Shown here in pieces: positions 10,278 to 20,200 of a stretch of 64,000 bases of DNA (positions are counted from its first letter, which is position 1; every line of letters starts with the position of its first letter). The notes under the pieces were generated by a model. That model had not been told where the DNA came from. It made no database searches and saw only the letters and a program-made list of their open reading frames with translations. Source of the stretch: Candidatus Poribacteria bacterium (GTDB lineage: Bacteria > Poribacteria > WGA-4E > WGA-3G); NCBI GenBank assembly GCA_965242965.1, contig OZ251518.1, positions 4,480,001 through 4,544,000 of the forward strand, written 5' to 3'. Both the position numbers and the translations under genes were made by a program.

Positions 10278-10292
10278 CAGGCGTTCTCCTGG

Positions 10293-10378
10293 TCCGTGCC
10301 TTAACCGCTTTTACAGTCGGTAGACAGGAAAATGCCCTTTGAAAACTCACAGCGGTGGCAAGTTTCCTGTCGCACGGA
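10293..10378 (-). ncRNA. Candidate structured cis-regulatory 5'UTR with pseudoknot
   Basis: UCCGUGC/GCACGGA, GACAGGAAA/UUUCCUGUC, UGCC/GGCA, loop ACCGCU complementary to AGCGGU; lies between TGgTATAAT (10390-10398) and the RBS. Confidence 0.5.
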
Positions 10379-10444
10379 TAGATAATTTTATTATACCATA
10401 TCAGATCCGGAAAAAACAAATTTATCCGCAATTCAGTGCTCCCC

Positions 10445-10703
10445 AGTAGGAGAGACCTCCCGGTCTCGACTCCCCAGTAGGAGAGACCTCCTGGTCTCGA
10501 TTTCTGCCTTGATATGCGTATCGGGACAAGGATGTCCCGCCTACCCGGTCCATCGGGACAAGGATGTCCCTCCTACCCGTATCAACACCTCGGTAGGCGA
10601 GACCTCCCGGTCTCGATGCATCCCAGGCTCGCTGCTTGCTGTGTGTATCGGGACAAGGATGTCCCTCCTACCCAGTCTATCGGGACAAGGATGTCCCTCC
10701 TAC
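10445..10703. repeat. REP cluster (GTAGGAGAGACCTCCTGGTCTCGA and GTAGGAGGGACATCCTTGTCCCGA families)
   Basis: Multiple copies in both orientations. Confidence 0.9.
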
Positions 10704-10745
10704 CCAAAACGAGGCCCCACTAACAAAATCGCGAAAGACAAAAAA

Positions 10746-11795
10746 TCACCAACTTTTACCAGAAACGTAAAGCGCGCGATTTTCCATCGGGAGGGAAACG
10801 CGCAAGCCGCCCAAGCGGTGCGATTCAATGATACCCATCAACATCTCTTGGCTGCGGCGCGCGAGATGAACAGGACCCTTCGTCTCCCGGTCTTCGTCAA
10901 GTGCCTCTGCGACATCCAAGATGCCCATGACGGTGCCAGTGGCGCGCGAGACTTCGGGAAACGGCACTTCCTCAAGGAAAGTCCCATCTTTCTTGCGAAA
11001 TTGGCATTCTCGGCTGTTGTTAAGGACACGAATCTTACCGCCGGTGCCGCAGACTTCAAACTCAGGGCCGGTGCCAGCCGTGTTATAGCCGTGCACGCCG
11101 TTCGCGAACCGGACATAGCCGCCCGTTATCGCGGGATCGATGTTCAGGCGATTGCCCTCCCAATCCGAGTCTTTACAGTTGATAGTCCCCTGCACGAAGT
11201 CTACGCCCGGGTCTCCCGCGAGGAACATGAGCATATCGGCGGCGTGCGTTAAGCCCCAGAGCGCGGAAGAGGCTCCGTATTGCGCGATGGTGCATTGGAC
11301 ATCGCCGATTTCACCGGCATCGACGAGTTCGCGCACTTTGCGGTAGAACGGCATGTAGCGGCGTTGCGTGCCGTAGTTGAACTTCACGCCGTGCTTTTCC
11401 ACGACATCTACCATCACATCCGCTTCTTCCATAGAGCAGCAGAGCGGTTTTTCGCAGTAGATGCCTTTGACGTTGTTCTCGGCGGCGAAGACAGTCATGT
11501 CGGCATGCGGCCCGGGGCGCGTGGCGATACAGACGATGTCAGGCTTTTCGACTTCGATCATCTGTTGGTAATCGGTATAGGCGCGCTCGGCACCGTAGCG
11601 TTGCCGGATCGATTCGGCTTTCTCTGGCACCATATCCGAAACGGCAACCAGGTCGGTTCTATCGCATGCGACAGCGGCGGCGGCGTGTGAGAAGGGCTGC
11701 CAGATGAAACTATCGGGACGGTTGGCGACTTCATCGTCAATAGTCGCTCCCATCCGTCCACATCCGATGAGACAGGTTTTGTAGGTGCGTGGCAT
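10746..11795 (-). CDS. Gfo/Idh/MocA family oxidoreductase
   Basis: IGCGRMG, IYCEKP, GTQRRY. Confidence 0.9.
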   Translation of the reverse strand: MPRTYKTCLIGCGRMGATIDDEVANRPDSFIWQPFSHAAAAVACDRTDLVAVSDMVPEKAESIRQRYGAERAYTDYQQMIEVEKPDIVCIATRPGPHADMTVFAAENNVKGIYCEKPLCCSMEEADVMVDVVEKHGVKFNYGTQRRYMPFYRKVRELVDAGEIGDVQCTIAQYGASSALWGLTHAADMLMFLAGDPGVDFVQGTINCKDSDWEGNRLNIDPAITGGYVRFANGVHGYNTAGTGPEFEVCGTGGKIRVLNNSRECQFRKKDGTFLEEVPFPEVSRATGTVMGILDVAEALDEDRETKGPVHLARRSQEMLMGIIESHRLGGLRVSLPMENRALYVSGKSW

Positions 11796-11879
11796 AGGTT
11801 TCCTCCTTGTCCGGCGGCGCGGTTGTCTTCACGCAGTATTGGCGCGCCTACCGGGTTATGACAGTTAATATATTGATTC

Positions 11880-12305
11880 GTAGGGCTTGGGCCCTCGCAT
11901 GCCCCACGCGCATGCGAGCGGGTTTCCCTCGCCAGGCACCGATCGCGGGGGACAGGCCCCCGCGCTACGGTATCCTGAGCGGCCCGTTTTACCGTAGGGC
12001 GAGGGCCTGTCCCTCGCCATGCCAACGATCGCGGGGGACAGGCCCCCGCGCTACGGTAACTCTGACCTTCTCCTTCACCGTAGGGCGAGGGCCTGTCCCT
12101 CGCCAGGCACCGATCGCGGGGGACAGGCCCCCGCGCTACGGTATCCTGAGCGGCCCGTTTTATCGTAGGGCGAGGGCCTGTCCCTCGCCAAGCCAACGAT
12201 CGCGGGGGAAACCCGCTCGGATGCGCGGATGGCATCCGAGGGCCCCCGCGCTACGGGAAAAAACGGCACCCTTCACCGTAGGGCGAGGGCCTGTCCCTCG
12301 CCAGC
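11880..12305. repeat. BIME-like alternating REP cluster
   Basis: Alternating gtagggcgagggcctgtccctcgcc and cgcgggggacaggcccccgcgctac units. Confidence 0.9.
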
Positions 12306-12319
12306 CAACCCCATTCACC

Positions 12320-13780
12320 TTAATCCCCGGTGTAGAGTTTACCGAAATAGGGACGAAAACCGGCAGGACCGGGGTAACCATCCCAGTAGTTCGGATTTTC
12401 TGGGAATTCGGCTTCGCCGCCGCTGCGTAGCCATGCCATGAGCGCGGCATCAGTACCACGGCGTTCAATTTCGTCCAAGGCAGCAGCATGCAACTTCGCG
12501 ACGACATCAGGATGCTCGTTCTGAACTTCCTCCAAGGCACCGCGCCTGATTAGCCGCGAGGTCTCCGGTTTCGTTGATACCTCTAAACTCCATTCGCCAT
12601 CAAAAGCGGTGAAGAGATTCATATTCGGGTTGTTTGAGGCGTTGCTCCATCTCTCAATGCTGCCGCCGGATAAGGCGAGCTGCCGTTCTCCCGATTTCCG
12701 TTCGCGCGCGGGCGTTAAAATGTCAAACCCATCAAGGTTTCCTTCGGGGGCTTTTTCGCCGAGGATGTTGAGGATTGTCGGGAAGAAATCCTGTGGTTGA
12801 ACGATGACGTTGCTTCTGCCAGCGTCTCCCTCCGGCAAGCGAATGAAGAGTGGGACATGCGCTTCTTGCTCGCGGACAGGCTGTCCTTTGCCAAAACGTC
12901 CACGCTCGCCGACGTTGGTACCGTGGTCCCCCGTTAAAATAACAGCGGTGTTTTTCTCTAATCCGGTGGATTTCAGTGCGGCTAAGAATTGCCCGAAGCC
13001 GTGGTCCATCCATGTCAACTTCGCGGCATATTGCGCTTTGATGTGCGCCTTCGCCTCGTCGGAGAGGTTCGGGTTGCCTCTGCCGCCGCCGAGTGTGCGA
13101 GGATCGACTCGGCCGTCGTAGCCGGGACTCTTGTCATATTTCTTCATGAACGCCAGCGGCGCGTCCCACGGTTCGTGCGGATCGAAGCAGTCCACCCACA
13201 GGAAGAAGTTCTCGCGATTGGCATTATCCTTGAGGAATTGCGCGACGGTGTTAAACAACTTCGCGCAATTCCAATCCTCTGGATTTTTGCGATTTCGGTT
13301 GGCGCGGGCGTAACTCCGCAGCATGCCAGATTCGGCTGCCTTATCGTCGATGCAATCAAACAGCGATTGCTTAACCCAGTTGTCTGGCCATTCAACGTTA
13401 TCGGTAATCCAATCCCTATCCACTTCCGCGCCTCGGACGAATGTCCAAGCGTGGAAGGGCCAGTCGAAGTTGTGTCCGCCATTCACGAGGTGCGGCGTGT
13501 CATGAATGAGTTGTGTTGCGTATCCGTTTTCTGCGAGCGTCCACGGTAACGTCAGGCGTTCGTGCCGGAGCGGTTTCCACGGGTGGAACGGCGCGCCGTA
13601 TTGCCCGGTGATGACATCGGTGCGGTAGGGGATAGTCGGGAAACTGGCACAGAAAGCGTTGTCAAATGCCCATGCGTTCGCTGCGAATGCGTCAATGTTC
13701 GGCGTTTCTATCCAGTCGTTGCCGTTCGCGCCGATGTAGTCGTAGCGGAGTGTATCAATAACAATATAGGCGAGGTTCAT
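12320..13780 (-). CDS. Sulfatase-like (alkaline phosphatase superfamily) hydrolase
   Basis: IDTLRYD, ETPNIDAFA, PTIPYR (Thr at the C/SxPxR position), FDPHEPW, TGDHG. Confidence 0.85.
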   Translation of the reverse strand: MNLAYIVIDTLRYDYIGANGNDWIETPNIDAFAANAWAFDNAFCASFPTIPYRTDVITGQYGAPFHPWKPLRHERLTLPWTLAENGYATQLIHDTPHLVNGGHNFDWPFHAWTFVRGAEVDRDWITDNVEWPDNWVKQSLFDCIDDKAAESGMLRSYARANRNRKNPEDWNCAKLFNTVAQFLKDNANRENFFLWVDCFDPHEPWDAPLAFMKKYDKSPGYDGRVDPRTLGGGRGNPNLSDEAKAHIKAQYAAKLTWMDHGFGQFLAALKSTGLEKNTAVILTGDHGTNVGERGRFGKGQPVREQEAHVPLFIRLPEGDAGRSNVIVQPQDFFPTILNILGEKAPEGNLDGFDILTPARERKSGERQLALSGGSIERWSNASNNPNMNLFTAFDGEWSLEVSTKPETSRLIRRGALEEVQNEHPDVVAKLHAAALDEIERRGTDAALMAWLRSGGEAEFPENPNYWDGYPGPAGFRPYFGKLYTGD

Positions 13781-13974
13781 TTCGGTTCTCCTTAATCAGA
13801 AGATCGCGGGGGACAGGCCCCCGCGCTACGGTATCCTGAGCGGCCCGTTTTACCGTAGGGCGAGGGCCTGTCCCTCGCCATGCAACGATCGCGGGGGAAA
13901 CCCGCTCGGATGCGCGTGTGGCATCCGAGGGCCCAAGCCCTACGATATCCAGAACGGCCCCTTTTAACGTAAAA

Positions 13975-14718
13975 CTACCATTTTGGAATCGCACCGAGCA
14001 ACAACTTCTGTTGCGGCGTGCCGTTATCTCGAAGTTTGGTAACGCGCGGGCCGTCAAACGGTTCACGGGATTTCATCCATGCATTCTGATAGCACATCAG
14101 ACAGACGCGTCGCCGTTGCGTTGAAGTATTGGCGGCACCGCGGTGCCACGTCCAGCCATCGAACATCACTGCTTGTCCCGGCGATACCAGCACCCGTTTC
14201 TCGTCAGGCAGTTGGACATGACTCGGCGGTGGCCGGAAAGGTGCTCTGTGGCTGCCGGGTTGAATTACCGTCGGTCCCGTATCATTTGTGATTTCGTCCA
14301 GATAGTAACCGCAATTAATCTGCGCGGGGAGACTGCCGTAGGGCGTGCCGTGCGGTGCGACGGGCCAGGGTCCATCGCGATGCCAATTCTGGTCTGGGGT
14401 ACCGGGCTCGGTGATGCGCGCCGTTGCGCTGTGCAACTGAACGCACGTGCCGAGAATCGCCTCCATGCGCTTCATCACGGGAGGGTTGTCCAGCAGCACG
14501 GCGAATCTGTCGTCTTCTTCAAGCAACTCGCCGATGAATTGGCTGTTGTCGCGTCTGGCGTAACTTTCGTCAAGTGCGGCGCGTAACTCCTCAATCTGTT
14601 CAGGCGTTACGGCGTTATCCACGATGAGATAGCCCCACTTGAGGAAGAAATTGACTTCCTGTTGCAGTTGATAGTCCAAGTCAACGTTGAGTTGCGATGG
14701 AACGGAAAAGTCGGCCAT
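13975..14718 (-). CDS. PhyH family dioxygenase
   Basis: QNWHRD, IQPGSH, WHRGAAN. Confidence 0.88.
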   Translation of the reverse strand: MADFSVPSQLNVDLDYQLQQEVNFFLKWGYLIVDNAVTPEQIEELRAALDESYARRDNSQFIGELLEEDDRFAVLLDNPPVMKRMEAILGTCVQLHSATARITEPGTPDQNWHRDGPWPVAPHGTPYGSLPAQINCGYYLDEITNDTGPTVIQPGSHRAPFRPPPSHVQLPDEKRVLVSPGQAVMFDGWTWHRGAANTSTQRRRVCLMCYQNAWMKSREPFDGPRVTKLRDNGTPQQKLLLGAIPKW

Positions 14719-14736
14719 GGGTTTTCCTCCACAAAG

Positions 14737-15034
14737 TAGGGCGAGGGCCTGTCCCTCGCCACCGTGAATGCAGGGAGTAGGAGAGACTCCTGGTCTCGAT
14801 GCTTGCTGTGGTTATCGGGACAAGGATGTCCCTCCTACCTGTAGGCGAGACCTCCCAGTCTCGATTTCCCGCGTTGCCTATCGGGACAAGGATGTCCCTC
14901 TACCCGTAGGCGAGACCTCCCAGTCTCGATTTCCCGCGTTGCCTATCGGGACAAGGATGTCCCTCTACCCGTAGGCGAGACCTCCCAGTCTCGATTTCCC
15001 GCGTTGCCTATCGGGACAAGGATGTCCCTCCTAC
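14737..15034. repeat. Tandem 65-bp units of two inverted REPs
   Basis: gtaggcgagacctcccagtctcgatttcccgcgttgcctatcgggacaaggatgtccctc x3. Confidence 0.9.
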
Positions 15035-15846
15035 TGGATTGCACCGCGGTCGGCGGTCGCCCATTCTTCCCACCGTTCTTCGTCAGGACGGAGGAACCCG
15101 GAGTTGCATCGCGGTTGCAACTGCTCATCCACACCGAGGAGCCGCATGAACCGATGGTTATTCGCCGCTTTCGCTTCGGCGAGCAACTTTTGCGTGTGCG
15201 GCCCGCTGTGATGGTCCGTGTGTTTCAGCCATGTTAGATTGTAATAGATACTAAAGAAATAGCGCAACTGCCCGGAAGTGTTCGGCGTGCCGGAATGCAC
15301 CAACCCGTTATGCGTCACCACGACATCGCCAGCCTTCATGTGAACGAGGGTTTCATCGGGATGCGGTTGCGCTCGTGCTGTATCTTCTATCGTCAGCGGT
15401 GCGCGGTGTGAACCGACTATGACGCGAAACGGTCCAAACTCATCCGTCAGCTCCTGCAGGTAAGAGATGGCGTTGATGGCGTTCGGCCGGTGATAGGCAT
15501 CGGTGTAAGGGACATGCGCCCACCGGTCGCGGTGCCACCCCGAGACTCGCCCCTCGGCCTTTTCGGGTTCAATGGAGGCAAATGCGGCGAGCGTCAGGTT
15601 ATCCAACTGCACGAAAGGCCCCATCACCTTCTCCACAAATTCAAGGATGTCGGGTTGCGTGACAGCGGGCCACATCAAATCGGGTGCGGCTTCCAGCATG
15701 TTTCCGAACCAGGTTTGCCCATCATTTTCGGCGGAGAGTTGCTGGTGCTTCTCGCGCCAGAGTTGCATCTGTGATGCGTCAAAAACCTGCTCAAAAATAG
15801 TGAAGCCGTTAGTTTTGTATTCCTCAAACCGTTCGTTTGTCGTCAT
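15031..15846 (-). CDS. PhyH family dioxygenase
   Basis: GWHRD, VIVGSH, VHSGTPN; ATG overlaps the upstream stop (ATGA). Confidence 0.88.
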   Translation of the reverse strand: MTTNERFEEYKTNGFTIFEQVFDASQMQLWREKHQQLSAENDGQTWFGNMLEAAPDLMWPAVTQPDILEFVEKVMGPFVQLDNLTLAAFASIEPEKAEGRVSGWHRDRWAHVPYTDAYHRPNAINAISYLQELTDEFGPFRVIVGSHRAPLTIEDTARAQPHPDETLVHMKAGDVVVTHNGLVHSGTPNTSGQLRYFFSIYYNLTWLKHTDHHSGPHTQKLLAEAKAANNHRFMRLLGVDEQLQPRCNSGFLRPDEERWEEWATADRGAIQ

Positions 15847-16796
15847 TGCCGTGTTCCTCCGAGGATATCCGTTGCGAGTTGCATCGTTTTCACCGCTTCG
15901 TCTAAATTCGCGGCAGGAAACGAAACGGGTGTATCGTTTTTGACGCAATCTAGGAAATACCTGTCTTGTTCAACGGTGCCGCCGGTGCCTGCGCCAGTCA
16001 ATTCGTGTTGTGTGCCATCGCAAAAAACGGTGCCGCGTGAGATGCCTTCCAAATAGGCGGAGATGTCTCTGCCGTGAATCTCATATCGTTCAAGGCGCGC
16101 ATCGGTGGTATAGTTGGCGATGAGTTGCGCGACGCAGCCGTTGTCAAACAAAATCAACGCGGCGTGGACATCTTTGAACGCCGAGATGGAGCGTCGAACG
16201 ACACTATACACTTCTTGCACGTCCGCTTCGGCGATGGCGCGCAAGGCATCGAGCGCGTGGATAGGCGTTTCCAAGAACATGTTGTCCATCAGGTGTTCCG
16301 GGAATTTGCCGGAATTGTCCAATCGGGTGATGCTCTTATGAAATTCGCCGACGAGTTGCGTGACGGGCCCGCGCGCTTTCACGAGTTGCTTCGCTTTGAG
16401 AATGATAGGATGAAAACGCCGATTCCAGCCTACCATGCCTTTCGCGCCGGTTCGCTTGGCGGTATCCCGCAAAGTGATTGTCTCCGCGACGCTCATCCCC
16501 GGCGGTTTTTCGAGCAACGTATTGACACCGCGCGCGAGGCAAGGGAGTGCGGCTTCGCCGTTCAGATGCGCCGGTGTAGCGACGAAGACTGCGTCCAATG
16601 TCTCGTTGTCCAGCAAGGCATCGATGGTTTCGTAGCGGTTCGCGATGTTGAATGCCTCGCCTGCGGCGTTGCGCGCGTCTTCAACCAGTTCGCAGATTGC
16701 AACGACGGTGGTATCTTCAAATTGCGAGAGAATCTTGAGATGGCCGCGCCCGCGGCCCCCGCAGCCGATAACTGCGACGCGTAAGGGGAATGCCAT
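15843..16796 (-). CDS. Gfo/Idh/MocA family oxidoreductase
   Basis: IGCGGRG, LLEKPPG, GWNRRF. Confidence 0.9.
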   Translation of the reverse strand: MAFPLRVAVIGCGGRGRGHLKILSQFEDTTVVAICELVEDARNAAGEAFNIANRYETIDALLDNETLDAVFVATPAHLNGEAALPCLARGVNTLLEKPPGMSVAETITLRDTAKRTGAKGMVGWNRRFHPIILKAKQLVKARGPVTQLVGEFHKSITRLDNSGKFPEHLMDNMFLETPIHALDALRAIAEADVQEVYSVVRRSISAFKDVHAALILFDNGCVAQLIANYTTDARLERYEIHGRDISAYLEGISRGTVFCDGTQHELTGAGTGGTVEQDRYFLDCVKNDTPVSFPAANLDEAVKTMQLATDILGGTRQ

Positions 16797-16832
16797 AATG
16801 TTTCTTGCTCCTCGGTTTCGCATTTTTTGATT

Positions 16833-16861
16833 AGTATAGCATGTTATTAAAAATGTGTCAA
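16833..16861 (-). promoter_or_regulatory. Sigma70 promoter of the Gfo-PhyH-PhyH-sulfatase-Gfo run
   Basis: TTGACA-17 bp-TATACT with extended TG. Confidence 0.7.
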
Positions 16862-16916
16862 CGAAAAAAAACGCGTGCGAGGAATTATTCCTCGCACGCG
16901 CGACGGAGTTTGAAAC

Positions 16917-17257
16917 GATCGCGGGGGACAGGCCCCCGCGCTACGGTGATCGAGAGCGGCCCGTTTTACCGTAGGGCGAGGGCCTGTCCCTCGCCATGCA
17001 ACGATCTCGGGGGACAGGCCCCCGCGCTACGGTAGCCAAAACCGTCCCTTCTGTAGGTCAAGAGCGCCTGCTCTTGACCCGATTGCGATCAGGCGATCGC
17101 AATCTACAGAGGGGGAGCTCGCCATGCCACGATCGCGAGGGACAGGCCCCCGCGCTACGGTAGCCAGAACGGCCCGTTTTATCGTAGGGCGAGGGCCTGT
17201 CCCTCGCCATGCTGCGGTAATCGAGAGATCGCGGGGGACAGGCCCCCGCGCTACGGT
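16917..17257. repeat. REP cluster
   Basis: A/B-type REPs plus a ctgtag..ctacag dimer at 17051-17109. Confidence 0.9.
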
Positions 17258-17267
17258 GACATTGAGT

Positions 17268-20200
17268 TTACTCCTGCTGCTTGACTTCACCGAACGTGGT
17301 CAGCATCCGATTAGATGCAGAAACAGGACCCGGCAACAACCGCGTCACTAACGTCTCTGGCTTCCCATCAAACGCAACTTCCTCAATCTGATAGTAATAC
17401 TCAATCCCCGGCTTCGCAGACGCATCCGTAAACGTATACGTTTGACGTTCACCTGTCGTGCCGGCACCGGCGATTAAGGCAGGATTCAAGAGCGTGAAAC
17501 CGCTCGCGCGCTTTTCGCTGCGACGCAGGTTAAAGCCCGCGTTGTCGACTTCTGACTCGGTTGTCCATGTCAGGACGACCTCGCCGGTTTCATTGCGTGT
17601 CATCGAGAAACGTGATAACTCTACCGGCAATGCACCGCCTTCACGATGCCCCGGTGTGCCGATGTCATCAGCATGGCCGTAATGGAGAGACTCATCAAAC
17701 GGCTTGATGCGCGATGCCAACACCCAACTCGCACGCTTTTGTCCCGGCAGCGCAACACCTTTATCATAACGCCGAATGACAGAACTCCGCGAACCTTCCT
17801 CAAAACTCAACGGTAATGCCCACGCCGGCGCATCGTCCGAACGCCGGTCGCTGTCCCTGTTACCGACTTCGTCTACCAGATTCCCGTTTCTATCGGAGAG
17901 TTGCAGGTAGAACCCCTCGGTACTTAAGAACGTATCGCGCGCCCACTTGATGCGCAGATTCTTTTCATGCAATGCGAGCAGATCGTAAATTCTGTCCGCC
18001 GGCAGATACGAATCCGACGATGCACGCGCCGGTCCCGCCACAATCAACACCGTCTGATTCGGTTGAATCACTTTTTCTCCTAATGTCAACGTGACAATCG
18101 GTCTGCCGATTAAATCCTCAGAATCCACATTCTGAATCTCCAACCTCCACCGATTGAGATTAATGGCATCCGTTTTGGAGTTGTTATACAACTCGATCCA
18201 CTGAGGCAGTGTGCCGCCACCGGAATCAAACATGATTTCGCTGAAGGTGATACTGCCTTTCGGCGTGGCAGACCCTGGTTTTACTGCACCATTCGGATAT
18301 CCCGGTGTGCCGGAAGTGGCAGCGGACTCTGTCACCTTTCTATCATAACCGATACCAGTGAACGCTGATTCTGCCCAGGCATCTCTATGATACCCAACGA
18401 TATCCGCTTTCGCGCGCTGCCAGACTTTGCCTGAGCCGAGGGCATCTTCGGTGTCACCACCAGGTGCCTGCAACACTTGCAAGGGCCAGACATGCGTATC
18501 ATAATCGCCAGTCTGCTCGCGGACAAATGCATCGGTGTCACTGCCGCCACCACCGGCGACATCAACGAACGCCTCGTTCAGACCGAGTTTCTCCCTCGCA
18601 TTCCGGAGAATTAACAGGAATTTCCCATCATCTGGCAGGGACAACCCCGATTTGATGAGATATTGGTGAGAAGAGCCTTTTGTCTCGACCTCGGCAGTCT
18701 CCACGTTATCACCACCGGCGAGCGCATTGCCTTCCGCCGTTGGATCGCTGTTCGTTATCAACAGCAGCCCATTCGCCTGCACACTTGCATCGGGGAACAC
18801 GATGAGCGACGTATCTTCCTTCTTACCATCCTGCACGATGCTGAGCTCCCACTCTTTCAAGGAGACTGCCGAACCCGTGACATTGCGAAGTTCCAGCCAA
18901 TCATCAGCATCGCCGCTTCCATTGCCGAGTTCGTTGAAAACAATAGGAGCCTCCGGCACCTCCGATGCAGCCGCCTTCGGTGCTGCTTCCTCGAAAATCG
19001 GGTAGACCGGCACCACCGGTGTATCCGAGACTATCGGTGAAACCTCCGGCAACGGCTCTACCACCGGCACCGTTTTTGGCGCAGTGCCAGATGCCGCCGC
19101 AGCCGCCTCTGTCCCAGACTGCCGCTCAGCCGGCGCACCGAGGGGGCCAGAAAGCAAACTCGTCTGTTCAGGAACCATTATCTTGACAGAGGGGACACGC
19201 ACTGCCTCTGCCACCGTGTCCGTTGCTGCTACCGTATACGCGAATGTCACTTTCGTCGAATTCGTGTCTTCTGAGGCAGTCCAGACAGCATGCCGCGCAT
19301 TCGCCGGCACCTCTTCGCCCAGATACAGCGTGAGATACGGCGGGTTGTCGCCTTCATAACGGAGATTCTCCCTGTCATACGTCACTTCCACTTCAATCTT
19401 ATCCCCGGCGGTATAGGCACCGGCGGGAGGCGCGACAATCTCCGGCGTTTCTATGACACGCAATGCGGTATCCACGGGCAACGGCAACCTATTGGATGCC
19501 AGACTCTCGTTGCCGGCGATGTCTTGTGTAGCACCCGCCGGCACACTGATGGACACATCTCCCCTAAAACCGAGAGCCGGGGTAATCGTCGCCTTGTAAA
19601 CCAGTGCCGAGGCAGAGTTCTGCACAATATTCGGGCCCCGATGATCGAGCCCAACATAGGCAATCTCAACATCCCAGTCAGCGGGGTTGACACCGGTGCC
19701 GGTGAGCATCACATCCTCGGCGGTAAAACTCGTGCCCACTTCGTCAGCGATGGCAGCCGGGCTACCGCCCCCCGGACCCGGAGGGATACTGTTGAAAAAG
19801 CGGAATTGCACCTCAAATGCCCCAGTTTGCACATCGCTTGCCGTGAAATCCGTGTGTCTCAAAAGCTCGCCATTCTTTATCAAGCCGGGAATCCACACCG
19901 TCGCCGGGATGGTATCCACGAGGTATTTGATGATGCCTTTTTTGTAAGCAGCAACGATCTCAGGCCGATTCTCCTCACGATAACTGGGATGCGGATTCGC
20001 GTGCGCAATACTCTCAAGAGCCGGCATGTCCGTAAAGAACGCCTCCAATTCCTTTTCAAGGGAGACGCAGGTGTCAAAGTCGTTTCCTGCCAGATCTCTT
20101 ATCCACCTCACCTCGTCTGTCTCAAGACGGACAGTATCAGGAGCCCGGCAAAAATTCTCGTGCGTATTCCGCCAAAAAGCGGCACTCCACACCTGCAGCC

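Noticed and set aside
11558-12430. Intergenic ORFs rich in RGTGPRPT/VARGPVPR/RARACPSP (also near 4098, 6506, 27077, 35058, 52409)
   Set aside because: Spurious translations of GC-rich REP clusters, lacking RBS or domain content, unlike the inserts inside real genes.
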